Assembly (NCBI GenBank): GCA_038207725.1
Contig: JBBQZN010000005.1
Span: 23,877-87,876 of the forward strand
DNA: 64,000 bases
Direction: 5' to 3'
Source: Bacteroidales bacterium
GTDB taxonomy: Bacteria; Bacteroidota; Bacteroidia; Bacteroidales; VadinHA17
A program made the position numbers and the translations under genes. Shown here one piece after another: positions 17,877 to 27,314 of this stretch. The notes beneath the pieces were generated by a model. The model ran no database searches. It was given only the letters and a program-made list of their open reading frames with translations, and was not told where the DNA came from. Every line of letters starts with the position of its first letter. Position 1 is the stretch's first letter.

Positions 17877-18716
17877 CTAGTATTCCCAGAGATCGTGTTC
17901 AAAGTTGAACAGTTCTGTTTTAATTCTTTCAGCTTCAAATAGTGTATATTTTCCTACCTGGTATTCCTGAATCATCCTGTCGTTGTAAACGTTTGATTCA
18001 CCAACAATTACGCTTCCGAACCTTCTCTGCATGAAAAGATCATCAAATGATATTCTCTGTGCGTCATTGTTACTCATGAATACTTCCTGTTTTGCAAGTG
18101 CATCTCTGGCTTCGTCATACTTTATCCAGAATAATGGCTTCTTAAGAACTCTGCCTGCCTGCTCATCGTATGCCATATATAAAGGTTCGATAGCAATGAT
18201 TCTTACATCGAGTTTAGAAAGTTTCTTATCAAAGTACCATTGTTCGTATACCATAAGTTGTTTAACCTCTTCTGGTTTGGCATCCTGCTTGATTGTTGTA
18301 TCTCTGGTAGCTCCTGCTGCATTGATTGTAATAGATTCGGTTTTAGTAATAGCACCCATCTTACTTTCAATATCAGAATAAGTTGTATTAGCTGTTCTGT
18401 TGAGAGGATCATATGCGTTAAGTCTGCCTGCTTTAATTTCCTCAAGAATAACATTAATAAAGTTCTTCCTGCCATCCATAGTTGTTGCAGTTGGATAATA
18501 AAGAGGCTGATTAATCTTCTCGCGCAGATCGATTATCCTGTAATATGTTTTTGACCAGACAACGTCACCTTCCCGTAGATAGGGGAAATCTATTTTTTTA
18601 GCATCCGGCATTGATTTCTTGTAAATATCACCGAAACTCTCAATGCCTGATTGCTGTGCATTTGCAAATCCGGTAAGGGTAAGGGCAATAATTCCAAATA
18701 GTATTTTCTTGTTCAT
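17877..18716 (-). CDS. gldN: T9SS/gliding motility protein GldN (PorN)
   Basis: 279 aa with a signal peptide. It is the last gene of the gldKLMN block. The N-terminal region [32 protein letters not shown] is GldN-like. Confidence 0.85.
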   Translation of the reverse strand: MNKKILFGIIALTLTGFANAQQSGIESFGDIYKKSMPDAKKIDFPYLREGDVVWSKTYYRIIDLREKINQPLYYPTATTMDGRKNFINVILEEIKAGRLNAYDPLNRTANTTYSDIESKMGAITKTESITINAAGATRDTTIKQDAKPEEVKQLMVYEQWYFDKKLSKLDVRIIAIEPLYMAYDEQAGRVLKKPLFWIKYDEARDALAKQEVFMSNNDAQRISFDDLFMQRRFGSVIVGESNVYNDRMIQEYQVGKYTLFEAERIKTELFNFEHDLWEY

Positions 18717-18737
18717 GATACTATATTTATATTGAGA

Positions 18738-20339
18738 TTAGTCAATCTTTAAAATTACAGGAGAAAGTTCTTTTGGTTTACCGTCAGGGCCAAGAGCTGT
18801 TATATCTTTAATAGTAAGATATTTTCCTCTGGTCATTCTGCCTATAAGGTTTTTCTGGGCAGTTGTCAGGTTACTGTTTGTGCTTTTCTCTTCATAGTCA
18901 GCACCTTTGTCAGAAAAAAGAATTGTAAATCCTGTAACAGTATAATTCAGGTCAAAATCAAAGTCAAGCATTACTGCAAATACTCCCTGTTGAGCAGCAG
19001 CAGTAGCTCTCGGTATGTTTCCAGTACTTCTCTGGCCAAATTGTGCAACCGGAGTAGGAAGTGGTTTTACCCTGAATTCGTAAGGAGGATAGTTAACTGT
19101 CTTGCCATTAATATCGGCAGAAGCAATTACCTGTACGTTTTGTCCTGCAGCAGTTGGTTTCACAGCCCAGCTTCCCTTGAAGCTTACTCCTTTTGAATTT
19201 TTAACTTTTTCAGTTGTAAAAGTTCCGTTCACAACTCTGATCTTTATCTTGTCGGGGCTTACGCCTGGAACAGATACATCGATAGGGTTTGGAATACCGG
19301 TGTACATTATGTTCATAGCTGTGGGAGAAACAATTACGTTAGGTTCGCCTACAGAATATGCAGCATCAAAATTATAATTTTTTATTGATCCGTCGGGAGC
19401 TTTCAGAGCAATTATGCCGCCCCATTTTTTCGGTCCGATTGAACTGGCTCTGACTTTGTAAATACCTTTTCCTGTTTCATCGAGAAGAAGCTGGCTTCCC
19501 CCAACTGTGATAATAGGAGACTGAGTGGTATCAGTAGCTGAAATGAACACCTGGGCTTCATAATCGCTTCCCAGTGTGACATAGTTTGAGGTAGTAGGGA
19601 TTACAATTGCAGTAAGTTTATTAAACTTAAATGATGAAGCGTCAATCTGAGTATAGAGATAGTTGAGAACTTCAGTTTCTGCGTTTCTTACGTTAACCTG
19701 CAGTTCTGACAATATACATATTACAGCCACAAGAGGAAGTGTTTGAAATGTATAGTTTCCCCATGGTTCTTTTTCCCCTGTTTTTTCATTTACTCCTTCA
19801 GACTGATCAAGTATTTTTCTGAGAGATTCCTCCGCAGAAGGATTTTTCCCCTCAAGTGTTGTAATCAGAAAATCGCGGTATTCATCGAGCAATCCCTTAA
19901 GGTCGTTTGCCTTTCCATTTTCATTGGCACCGATAAGGATTTCAGAAGGAACGTTGTTATCATCAATTTTCTTTACTTCTTCAATAATTACTTCCGTTCC
20001 TTTTACAGCAGGAGTCTCGGGACCTTCAGCAGTTGTTATAATTTCTATTTTTAGTCCCTGAATGAAACTGAATACTTCATCAGCTCTCTCTTTTACAGCG
20101 TAAGCCGCTGTTTTATATTTGCCTGCTTTTGCAGGGTTCTCTGCAGCTGCTCTGTCAAAGTCTTGATATAAAATGTCATTCTTTTTAGCATAGTTCTCCA
20201 CTATAAGAGTAAGACCATTATCAACTTTCTTAAATGCTTCGACGGCCTCTTTTGATACGTTAAGAGCAAGCATGGCGGTAAGCACCAGGTACATCATACC
20301 GATCATCTTTTGCCGGGGAGATAGCTTTTCGTGAGCCAT
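18738..20339 (-). CDS. gldM: T9SS/gliding motility protein GldM (PorM)
   Basis: 533 aa. The N-terminus MAHEKLSPRQKMIGMMYLVLTAMLALNVSKE is the typical GldM start with a single TM. It sits between gldL and gldN. Confidence 0.9.
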   Translation of the reverse strand: MAHEKLSPRQKMIGMMYLVLTAMLALNVSKEAVEAFKKVDNGLTLIVENYAKKNDILYQDFDRAAAENPAKAGKYKTAAYAVKERADEVFSFIQGLKIEIITTAEGPETPAVKGTEVIIEEVKKIDDNNVPSEILIGANENGKANDLKGLLDEYRDFLITTLEGKNPSAEESLRKILDQSEGVNEKTGEKEPWGNYTFQTLPLVAVICILSELQVNVRNAETEVLNYLYTQIDASSFKFNKLTAIVIPTTSNYVTLGSDYEAQVFISATDTTQSPIITVGGSQLLLDETGKGIYKVRASSIGPKKWGGIIALKAPDGSIKNYNFDAAYSVGEPNVIVSPTAMNIMYTGIPNPIDVSVPGVSPDKIKIRVVNGTFTTEKVKNSKGVSFKGSWAVKPTAAGQNVQVIASADINGKTVNYPPYEFRVKPLPTPVAQFGQRSTGNIPRATAAAQQGVFAVMLDFDFDLNYTVTGFTILFSDKGADYEEKSTNSNLTTAQKNLIGRMTRGKYLTIKDITALGPDGKPKELSPVILKID

Positions 20340-20373
20340 TTTGTTGGTAGTTTAGTTAAATTAAAAAGCTACG

Positions 20374-21267
20374 TTATTTAACATTCATAGCAGACAGCAT
20401 ATTTCCATATACATTGTTAAGTGCCGACAAATTGTCGTTAAGTTTTGTTATCTGCTCACGGTATTTCTTGGTGTCGCCCGCAGAGTCAGAGAGGTCTTTC
20501 ATTAAGCCCTGAATTCCTTTGTAAAGTGTATCAGACTCTTTCAAATGATCGTCAGCTCCCTTGCGCTGAAGTTCATAAACTGTATTGAGTGCAGACAGGT
20601 TTTTGTTAAGAACCTCTAGTTGCTGCTGATATGATTTACCACCAACTTCAATAACTGACATTGAATCAGCCATATTTTTGTATGTTGAGCCGGTTTCATT
20701 TATCACTTTCGCAGTTGCCTGATATGAATCAGATAATTTGCCAAGAGATTCATTTGCATTATTTATCGTGCCCATATACTTTGCAGATGCAGCACTGACA
20801 TCACCCATTGCATTTATGTTGCCGGTTGTTTCGGAGAGTTTTTTCATTCCTACTCCGAGCTTCTGAAACAGGTCAGGACTGATCTCAGCCTTTTCGAGCA
20901 TTTCGTCGAATTTAGCCAGAGCAACAGCGCCTGCGCCGCCACCGTAACCACCACCGCCTGAAACAGCAGCAGCACCGTGTGAGTGTTTACCGCCATGAGA
21001 AGCCAGTTCAGGAGATTCGTCTTCCGGAATACCTGCAAGCTCAGGATACACCAATGACCAGTCTATCTCCTCATGTAGCGGCTCGAAGGCCGAAAAGAAG
21101 AAGATTACAGCCTCAACCAAAAGGCCGATTGTAAGCATTGTTCCGGCCAGTGGCCAGTGCTGAATTTTAAACAATGCACCAATAATTACGACGGAAGCAC
21201 CTAAACCATAAAGTTTAGAGATGAAATTTTTCCATCCGCTGCTCTGTACTAATTCTGCTAGGCTCAT
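20374..21267 (-). CDS. gldL: T9SS/gliding motility protein GldL (PorL)
   Basis: 297 aa with two N-terminal TM helices (LYGLGASVVIIGALFKIQHWPLAGTMLTIGLLVEAVIFFFSAFEP). These are followed by a Gly-rich linker and a coiled C-terminal domain. Confidence 0.9.
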   Translation of the reverse strand: MSLAELVQSSGWKNFISKLYGLGASVVIIGALFKIQHWPLAGTMLTIGLLVEAVIFFFSAFEPLHEEIDWSLVYPELAGIPEDESPELASHGGKHSHGAAAVSGGGGYGGGAGAVALAKFDEMLEKAEISPDLFQKLGVGMKKLSETTGNINAMGDVSAASAKYMGTINNANESLGKLSDSYQATAKVINETGSTYKNMADSMSVIEVGGKSYQQQLEVLNKNLSALNTVYELQRKGADDHLKESDTLYKGIQGLMKDLSDSAGDTKKYREQITKLNDNLSALNNVYGNMLSAMNVK

Positions 21268-21295
21268 ATACCTGATTATTTTAGGGTTATTTCAA

Positions 21296-22642
21296 TTAAT
21301 TTACACCAATATATGCTCTTACGTTCCTGAAACCAACATATGGTTTTGTGGAATCCTGATATTCATAATCTCTTGAACTTGTCTGTAGAAAATAAGCAAT
21401 ATCTTTCCATGAACCACCACGGATAACTTTTCTTTTCATTACAGGAGGATCCTGTGGTTTTGCATCGTACTGATAGTCGGGCTGCAGGTCATGCTGAAAG
21501 ATATATGCTGATGGGTGGTATGCACCGCGTGTCCATTCTGCTACGTTTCCTGACATGTCATATAATCCGTACTCATTTGGCTCGTATGATCCGACTTTTC
21601 CTGCGTAAACGTTACCATCATCGATATAATTACCACGCAGAGGTTTGAAGTTGGCAAGGAAACAGCCTTTGTAATTACGTGTGTAAGGTCCGCCCCATGG
21701 GTACATTGAAAGATCGAGGCCACCTCTCGCTGCATATTCCCATTGTGTTTCAAGAGGAAGTTCATAATTCTGAACATCCGGAATTCCCTGCTTTCTGAGT
21801 GCTGTGTTCATAAAATCTGTTCTCCAAATACTGAATGCTGAAGCCTGAACCCAGGTAAGACCTACAACAGGATAATCATCAAAAGAAGGGTGCCAGAAAT
21901 AAAGTGAGGCCTGCGGATCGTTGAATGAATATGTGAAATCCCTGATCCAGCAAAGTGTATCGGGATAAACATTAATAATATTATGCTTGATAAATGATGA
22001 ACGGTCTTTTACATCAGTACGGATTCCGTCGAGGTTTGTTACCTGTCCGTCATATTTGCCGCCCGTTTTTTCAAAGTCGTTATATTTATATGTTGATTTT
22101 GATGCCTGCATATAGTCAACCCAGAAATAGGAATAGTTGAGTTTGCGAACATCAACCTGCTTCTTTCCGTTAAACCTTTCTTCAGGAGGATAATACGTTT
22201 CCTCAATAGTAGTTTTTGTTGTTTCTTCTTCAGGATCAATTTTTTCTTCCCAGTTAATAATATTAGGTTCAACAACGGTACCTTCATCATCAGTAACAAA
22301 ATATTCACGGTCAGCAATGCCTGCATTTCCAAGTTTTGTTCTCAGAATAGAATCACGTACATAATATACAAACTGACGATATTTATTATTTGTTATCTCC
22401 GTCTGATCCATCCAGAATGCCTCGACAGTAACTGACTTTGAAATGCTGTTCATTGCAAAAACAGCGTCCTGATCACTTGGCCCCATCATGTAATTGCCTG
22501 CGGGGATGAATGCCATTTCAAATGGCTCAGGTTCAAAGAATTTTTTCCTTCCGAGGACACCGGTAAGCTCTCCAGTACTTGAAGAGCCACACCCCGTTAG
22601 GAATATAATAATAATAAGAGAAGACAGAGTTACCTTTTTCAT
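21296..22642 (-). CDS. gldK: T9SS/gliding motility lipoprotein GldK (PorK), SUMF1/FGE-fold
   Basis: 448 aa with lipoprotein signal IIIIFLTGC|GSS. FGE-sulfatase-like segments are present (FIPAGNYMMGP, YDMSGNVAEW, VIRGGSW). Confidence 0.9.
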   Translation of the reverse strand: MKKVTLSSLIIIIFLTGCGSSSTGELTGVLGRKKFFEPEPFEMAFIPAGNYMMGPSDQDAVFAMNSISKSVTVEAFWMDQTEITNNKYRQFVYYVRDSILRTKLGNAGIADREYFVTDDEGTVVEPNIINWEEKIDPEEETTKTTIEETYYPPEERFNGKKQVDVRKLNYSYFWVDYMQASKSTYKYNDFEKTGGKYDGQVTNLDGIRTDVKDRSSFIKHNIINVYPDTLCWIRDFTYSFNDPQASLYFWHPSFDDYPVVGLTWVQASAFSIWRTDFMNTALRKQGIPDVQNYELPLETQWEYAARGGLDLSMYPWGGPYTRNYKGCFLANFKPLRGNYIDDGNVYAGKVGSYEPNEYGLYDMSGNVAEWTRGAYHPSAYIFQHDLQPDYQYDAKPQDPPVMKRKVIRGGSWKDIAYFLQTSSRDYEYQDSTKPYVGFRNVRAYIGVN

Positions 22643-22691
22643 ATTACCTAAGAATTTTAATATTGCAAGTAAGTTATTTTTTTTTTAATAA

Positions 22692-23636
22692 TCATAAAAA
22701 TCTAATACTTTTATATTTCATGGCACTTTTTCCCAGACTTAGCTCAAAACAATAATTAACCATGAATTCATGCGAACCGCTGCTGTTCTTTCTGACATCA
22801 GAAATTGTGAAGTCATAGGCGTATCCAATTCGTATTCCATTATATAACTCAAATCCTACGATTCCGATCAGGGCATCTCCGGACCTGTAGGAAACGCCAC
22901 CCCATACTTTTTTATTGTATCGCAAAAGAGAAGTTGCAGTAAACTGAACTGCCTTTCCATCACTGAAGCCGAAAACCGATGGCAGAAGTTCAAACGAGGG
23001 GTTTGGCAACTGCATATTGTAACCGGCAGTAATATAATAGTGCCTGCTTATGTATGGCAGCCCTTTGGTAAATTTTATTTTTGGCTGATTAATATGTGTT
23101 ACTGAGGCAGATACATAATAATTATCAGCTTTGTAATACAGCCCTAATCCAGCATCAAAAGCAACATAGCTCTCCTTGTTTTCCGGTATTAGAGGATCAC
23201 CAGTGACCGGAGTATGAGCATCATCCGATGGTATCGACCATGTGGGAGTAAGGGTTTTATTTAGCATTCCCAGACTGAGCCCGATACCAAGTTTTCCCTG
23301 ACCAAGATCCAGATGATATGAGTAGGTCCCCGAGATATTTATATCCTTGTCAAAACCGATATTATCACTTTCAATCAATATTCCAATCCCGCTTTTAGCC
23401 TTGAACAGTGTAACAGGGGCGCTTATATTAAATACGGTTGTGGAGGGCGCTCCGTCGAATCCGAGCCATTGCTGACGGTTTAGTGCTGTTGCGCATATCA
23501 TACCGGATATACCCGCTATGCCAGGATTATAAGTCAGTGTATTAAACATATACTGGCTCGACAAAGGGTCCTGCTGCGACAACCCCGATGTCGTAATTAG
23601 TGTTAAAAACAGAAAAGCGGAAAAAACTTTTTTCAT
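22692..23636 (-). CDS. porP: PorP/SprF family T9SS membrane protein
   Basis: 314 aa with a signal peptide followed by the family signature QQDPLSSQYMFNTLTYNPGIAG. It has beta-barrel strand periodicity and lies directly upstream of gldK, as in the P. gingivalis porPKLMN arrangement. Confidence 0.85.
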   Translation of the reverse strand: MKKVFSAFLFLTLITTSGLSQQDPLSSQYMFNTLTYNPGIAGISGMICATALNRQQWLGFDGAPSTTVFNISAPVTLFKAKSGIGILIESDNIGFDKDINISGTYSYHLDLGQGKLGIGLSLGMLNKTLTPTWSIPSDDAHTPVTGDPLIPENKESYVAFDAGLGLYYKADNYYVSASVTHINQPKIKFTKGLPYISRHYYITAGYNMQLPNPSFELLPSVFGFSDGKAVQFTATSLLRYNKKVWGGVSYRSGDALIGIVGFELYNGIRIGYAYDFTISDVRKNSSGSHEFMVNYCFELSLGKSAMKYKSIRFL

Positions 23637-23714
23637 CTCTTATCCTACAAATGCACTGCATTTATATTGAACTAGTAAAATAAATAAAAAAATAGAACCT
23701 AAACAAATTTACTC

Positions 23715-24884
23715 TTATTTATTTAATCTTTCCACTGCTCTCATCCATCTGTCAGGTACCTCATTCCTGTTTGCCTTCATATAATCTTCATGCGAACATG
23801 CAACATACTGGCTCTGATCAGACTCTGAAGGAAGCTCCATCCACCACCTGTCAGTCAGACTGCTTTTTACAAAAATCAAATCGTCTTCCAGATCTGTAAC
23901 CCTTACATGATATCTTGTAAAACGCCCTGCATTAGTGTTGCTTAAAACAGGTGTCTCATACTGCTTCTGTGAAAATCCTTCAAGGAAAAACCACAATATC
24001 TGTGCCGAAAGTCCTGTTGTCTGTGACCTTATATCAAAATCAGGATTCACGTCAAACAATCCGAATACTTTCATCCTGTCGGAAATTCCCGCATAACGCG
24101 AAAGCAGACAAATCTCCTCTCCATAAAATCCATTGGGCGAAGGTGATGCCGTTCCCGGGGCATCTGACTGCCTCACTGAGGCTATATCGAATATCGCAGC
24201 ATCGCTGTCTCTGAGCAGTGGTTCAGTCAAATAGATTGCCTGACGCACATCTCCTATCCTAACAAGCTCCGACCTCTTCTTTAGAAAACGGTTAATTACC
24301 TGCTGATCGTTAAGGTAGGTCTGATAACCTATATTAATATAGTGTTTGAAGGAACTCTTGTGATTGCCTGAAATTGTATTCAGATAGTTGAACGAATCAG
24401 CTTCTCTTTTTTCATTATTATAGTCAATCCTTGAATCAATAGCAGCAAGGGTGTACTTTGTGTTATGCTTCGATAGTGCTCTGTCAATGGCCGGGACAAG
24501 TGCACTACTGCCACCGGTTATAACCGGGAACAGGTTTTCACCAATCAGCAGAGTAAGAACATCGGAAAGGCCGGCAATAGTATCGTTGAAGCTTACGCCC
24601 TGTTTCATGTTTCCAAGATCGATTATCTTTGATTTCCCCGGAATTTTTGCAAGTCTGTAAAGCTGGCTTCTTATTGCATCAGGGGCCTTCTCCGAACCAC
24701 CGTTTACAGAGTTTCTTCCGTCAGGAACACCAAGCAGGGCTATCTTGAACCTGCTTATATCTTTAATAGGTGCACTTTCAGTATGAATTGTTATGTTATG
24801 GGGAAAAACAGCCTGACCGGTCAGATGTTCATAACCTGGTCCCTCAATGCTTACCGGATTAAAATAGTCGTTCAGATCAACCAT
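23715..24884 (-). CDS. arginase/formiminoglutamase-fold protein with apparently degenerate metal-binding motifs
   Basis: 389 aa with ureohydrolase-like layout. The motif positions read ITGGSSALV (canonical GGDHS), AIDSRIDY (canonical DAHxD) and FDIASVRQSDAPG (canonical SxDxDxxDP). Confidence 0.6.
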   Translation of the reverse strand: MVDLNDYFNPVSIEGPGYEHLTGQAVFPHNITIHTESAPIKDISRFKIALLGVPDGRNSVNGGSEKAPDAIRSQLYRLAKIPGKSKIIDLGNMKQGVSFNDTIAGLSDVLTLLIGENLFPVITGGSSALVPAIDRALSKHNTKYTLAAIDSRIDYNNEKREADSFNYLNTISGNHKSSFKHYINIGYQTYLNDQQVINRFLKKRSELVRIGDVRQAIYLTEPLLRDSDAAIFDIASVRQSDAPGTASPSPNGFYGEEICLLSRYAGISDRMKVFGLFDVNPDFDIRSQTTGLSAQILWFFLEGFSQKQYETPVLSNTNAGRFTRYHVRVTDLEDDLIFVKSSLTDRWWMELPSESDQSQYVACSHEDYMKANRNEVPDRWMRAVERLNK

Positions 24885-24887
24885 AAT

Positions 24888-27194
24888 TTATTTGGAGCTC
24901 TTTTTTACTTTATCGCTGCTGCCTATAATCTTTTCACAATCCTCTTTGGTAAGTTTCTCTACATCAGTTCCCTTCGGGAGTCTGTAATTCAGTTTCTCTC
25001 TGGTAAGATAAGGACCGTACCTGCCATTCAGAACCATAATATCTCCAAAATCCTTAATCACCTTTTTTGCGTCGCTCTCTGTCTTCTCAAGTATTATCTC
25101 AAGAGCTCTCTCAATTGTTACATCATATGGGTCATCAACTCCCTTCTTCAATGAATAGAATTTACTCTTGTACCTTATATATGGTCCGAATTTTCCGATT
25201 CCTACTACCATTTCAGCTCCATCATATTCCCCGAGTGAGCGGGGTAACCTGAAGAGATTCAGTGCTTCATCGAGAGTAATTGTTTCAAGAAGCTGATTTT
25301 TTGATAAACTGGCAAACCTGGGTTTTTCTCCTTCTTTGGTTTCGCCTATCTGTGCAACCGGACCGAATCGTCCCATTCTTACTGTAACGGGTTCCCCTGA
25401 TTCAGGATGATTCCCAAGTACTCTGACTCCGGTCTTTCTTTCCTTTTTCTCAAGGGTTGTTGTAACTGTTTTGTGGAAAGGAGTATAGAAACTTTTTATC
25501 ATCCCGTTCCACTTCAGGTTGCCAAGTGCTATTTCGTCAAACTGTTCCTCAACCTCTGCCGTAAAATGATAATCCACGATAACAGAAAAGTTTTCCATGA
25601 GAAAATCATTTACAATCATCCCTATATCCTGCGGGAAAAGTTTTGATTTTTCTTTTCCTGCTATTTCAGTTTTCGCTGAAGCTGCAATTTTCCCGTCCTG
25701 AAGTGTAATTATTTTAATACCCCTTTTTTCTCCCGGCCTGTCTTCACGTGAAACATAACCCCTGTTCTGAATAGTCGATATTGTTGGTGCATACGTTGAC
25801 GGCCTGCCAATTCCAAGCTCTTCAAGTTTTTTTACAAGACTTGCCTCAGTATATCTTGGAGGAGGAGCTGTATATTTCTGTGTAGCTGTAATATTATCGT
25901 ATAATAACGGCATTCCCTTTTTTACCGGGGGAATAACATATCTTTCTTCATCGGTATTCTCGGCATCTGTTGATTCGGTATATACTCTCAGGAATCCGTC
26001 AAACTTAATTACTTCTCCGTTTGCCTGGAATGTAACCGGAGAATTGCTCATATCAATAGAGATAAATGTTTTTTCAATTTCCGCATCCGACATCTGTGAG
26101 GCAATAGTTCTCTTCCAGATAAGTTCATAAAGCCTCTTTTCATTCTGAGTTCCTGCTGTTGCTGGGTTGTCAAGATATGCAGGTCGTATAGCTTCATGCG
26201 CCTCCTGTGCTCCTTTTGATTTTGTCTGGAACTGTCTCGTTTTGGAATATTTCTCACCATATTCCGAAACAATCATCTCCTTCGACTTTACGAGTGCAAG
26301 CTTTGAGAGGTTTGTTGAGTCAGTTCTCATATATGTTATTCTTCCTGCCTCGTAAAGTTTCTGAGCTACTGCCATTGTCTGGGCAACAGAAAATCCAAGT
26401 TTTCTGTAAGCCTCCTGCTGAAGTGTTGAAGTTGTAAACGGGGGCGCAGGGGAGCGTGTTCCAGGTTTAATACTTATGCTGCCAATTGAATATTTCGATG
26501 CGCTGCACAGTTCAAGAAATTTATGTGCCTCTTTTTCATCGGGAAATCTTTTCGATGCTTCGGCCCTGAGAAGAGCATTCTCTCCGTTTGATGCATCAAT
26601 GCGGAAATTGGCTGTTATCCTGAACGCTGATTCAGAGCTGAACCCGATTATTTCCCTTTCCCGCTCAACAAGAAGTCGTACAGCTACTGATTGAACCCGG
26701 CCTGCAGAGAGAGAAGGTTGAACCTTCTTCCACAGTACAGGTGAGATCTCAAATCCGACCAGCCTGTCGAGAATTCGTCTGGCCTGCTGCGAATTAACAA
26801 GATTCATATCAACCTGCCTGGGGTTTTCAATGGCAAAGGATATTGCCTCCTTTGTTATCTCGTGAAAGACAATTCTTTTGGTTGTTTTCAGATCAAGACC
26901 AAGTACACTGGCAAGATGCCAGGCAATTGCCTCTCCTTCTCGGTCCTCGTCAGATGCTATCCAGATGTTCTTTGATTCGGCAGCCGCTTTTCTCAGTTCA
27001 CTTACAACCTTTGCTTTTTCTTTGGGAACCTCATAATCAGGAGTGAAATCTTTCTCAATATCTATACCAAGATTTTTCTTTGAAAGGTCTCTGATATGCC
27101 CGAAACTGGATACCACTCTGAAATCTTTTCCCAGGAACTTTTCAATGGTTTTCGCTTTTGCAGGCGACTCAACAATTACAAGATTTTCGATCAT
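24888..27194 (-). CDS. topA: DNA topoisomerase I
   Basis: 768 aa. It has the N-terminal Toprim start MIENLVIVESPAKAKTIEKFLG and the type IA core with YMRTDS. Confidence 0.95.
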   Translation of the reverse strand: MIENLVIVESPAKAKTIEKFLGKDFRVVSSFGHIRDLSKKNLGIDIEKDFTPDYEVPKEKAKVVSELRKAAAESKNIWIASDEDREGEAIAWHLASVLGLDLKTTKRIVFHEITKEAISFAIENPRQVDMNLVNSQQARRILDRLVGFEISPVLWKKVQPSLSAGRVQSVAVRLLVEREREIIGFSSESAFRITANFRIDASNGENALLRAEASKRFPDEKEAHKFLELCSASKYSIGSISIKPGTRSPAPPFTTSTLQQEAYRKLGFSVAQTMAVAQKLYEAGRITYMRTDSTNLSKLALVKSKEMIVSEYGEKYSKTRQFQTKSKGAQEAHEAIRPAYLDNPATAGTQNEKRLYELIWKRTIASQMSDAEIEKTFISIDMSNSPVTFQANGEVIKFDGFLRVYTESTDAENTDEERYVIPPVKKGMPLLYDNITATQKYTAPPPRYTEASLVKKLEELGIGRPSTYAPTISTIQNRGYVSREDRPGEKRGIKIITLQDGKIAASAKTEIAGKEKSKLFPQDIGMIVNDFLMENFSVIVDYHFTAEVEEQFDEIALGNLKWNGMIKSFYTPFHKTVTTTLEKKERKTGVRVLGNHPESGEPVTVRMGRFGPVAQIGETKEGEKPRFASLSKNQLLETITLDEALNLFRLPRSLGEYDGAEMVVGIGKFGPYIRYKSKFYSLKKGVDDPYDVTIERALEIILEKTESDAKKVIKDFGDIMVLNGRYGPYLTREKLNYRLPKGTDVEKLTKEDCEKIIGSSDKVKKSSK

Positions 27195-27287
27195 TAGAGA
27201 AGATATTTATTCATTTTATCAGACGACAAAGTAAATCAATTCAGTACCAAACTTCAAAATAAACCGTTAAGATTCTTTAATATTTAC

Positions 27288-27295
27288 TATTTTTG
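27288..27295 (+). promoter_or_regulatory. -7 box (TAnnTTTG) for the PBP1A gene
   Basis: TATTTTTG, 20 nt upstream of ATG 27315. Confidence 0.45.
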
Positions 27296-27314
27296 AACCA
27301 AACTTGTTTAGTCG

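Noticed and set aside
20900-21010. A Gly/Ala-rich low-complexity stretch in GldL (HGGKHSHGAAAVSGGGGYGGGAGAVA).
   Set aside because: It is most likely a flexible linker between the TM hairpin and the cytoplasmic domain. I cannot show it is unusual without comparison to orthologues.
23649-23663. The palindrome AAATGCA-C-TGCATTT upstream of porP, and the related AAATGCATTT (31049-31058) upstream of radA.
   Set aside because: On the coding strand both read TGCATTTG, a near-match to the TAnnTTTG -7 box. They are most simply explained as promoter elements rather than a shared operator. They are too short to argue otherwise.
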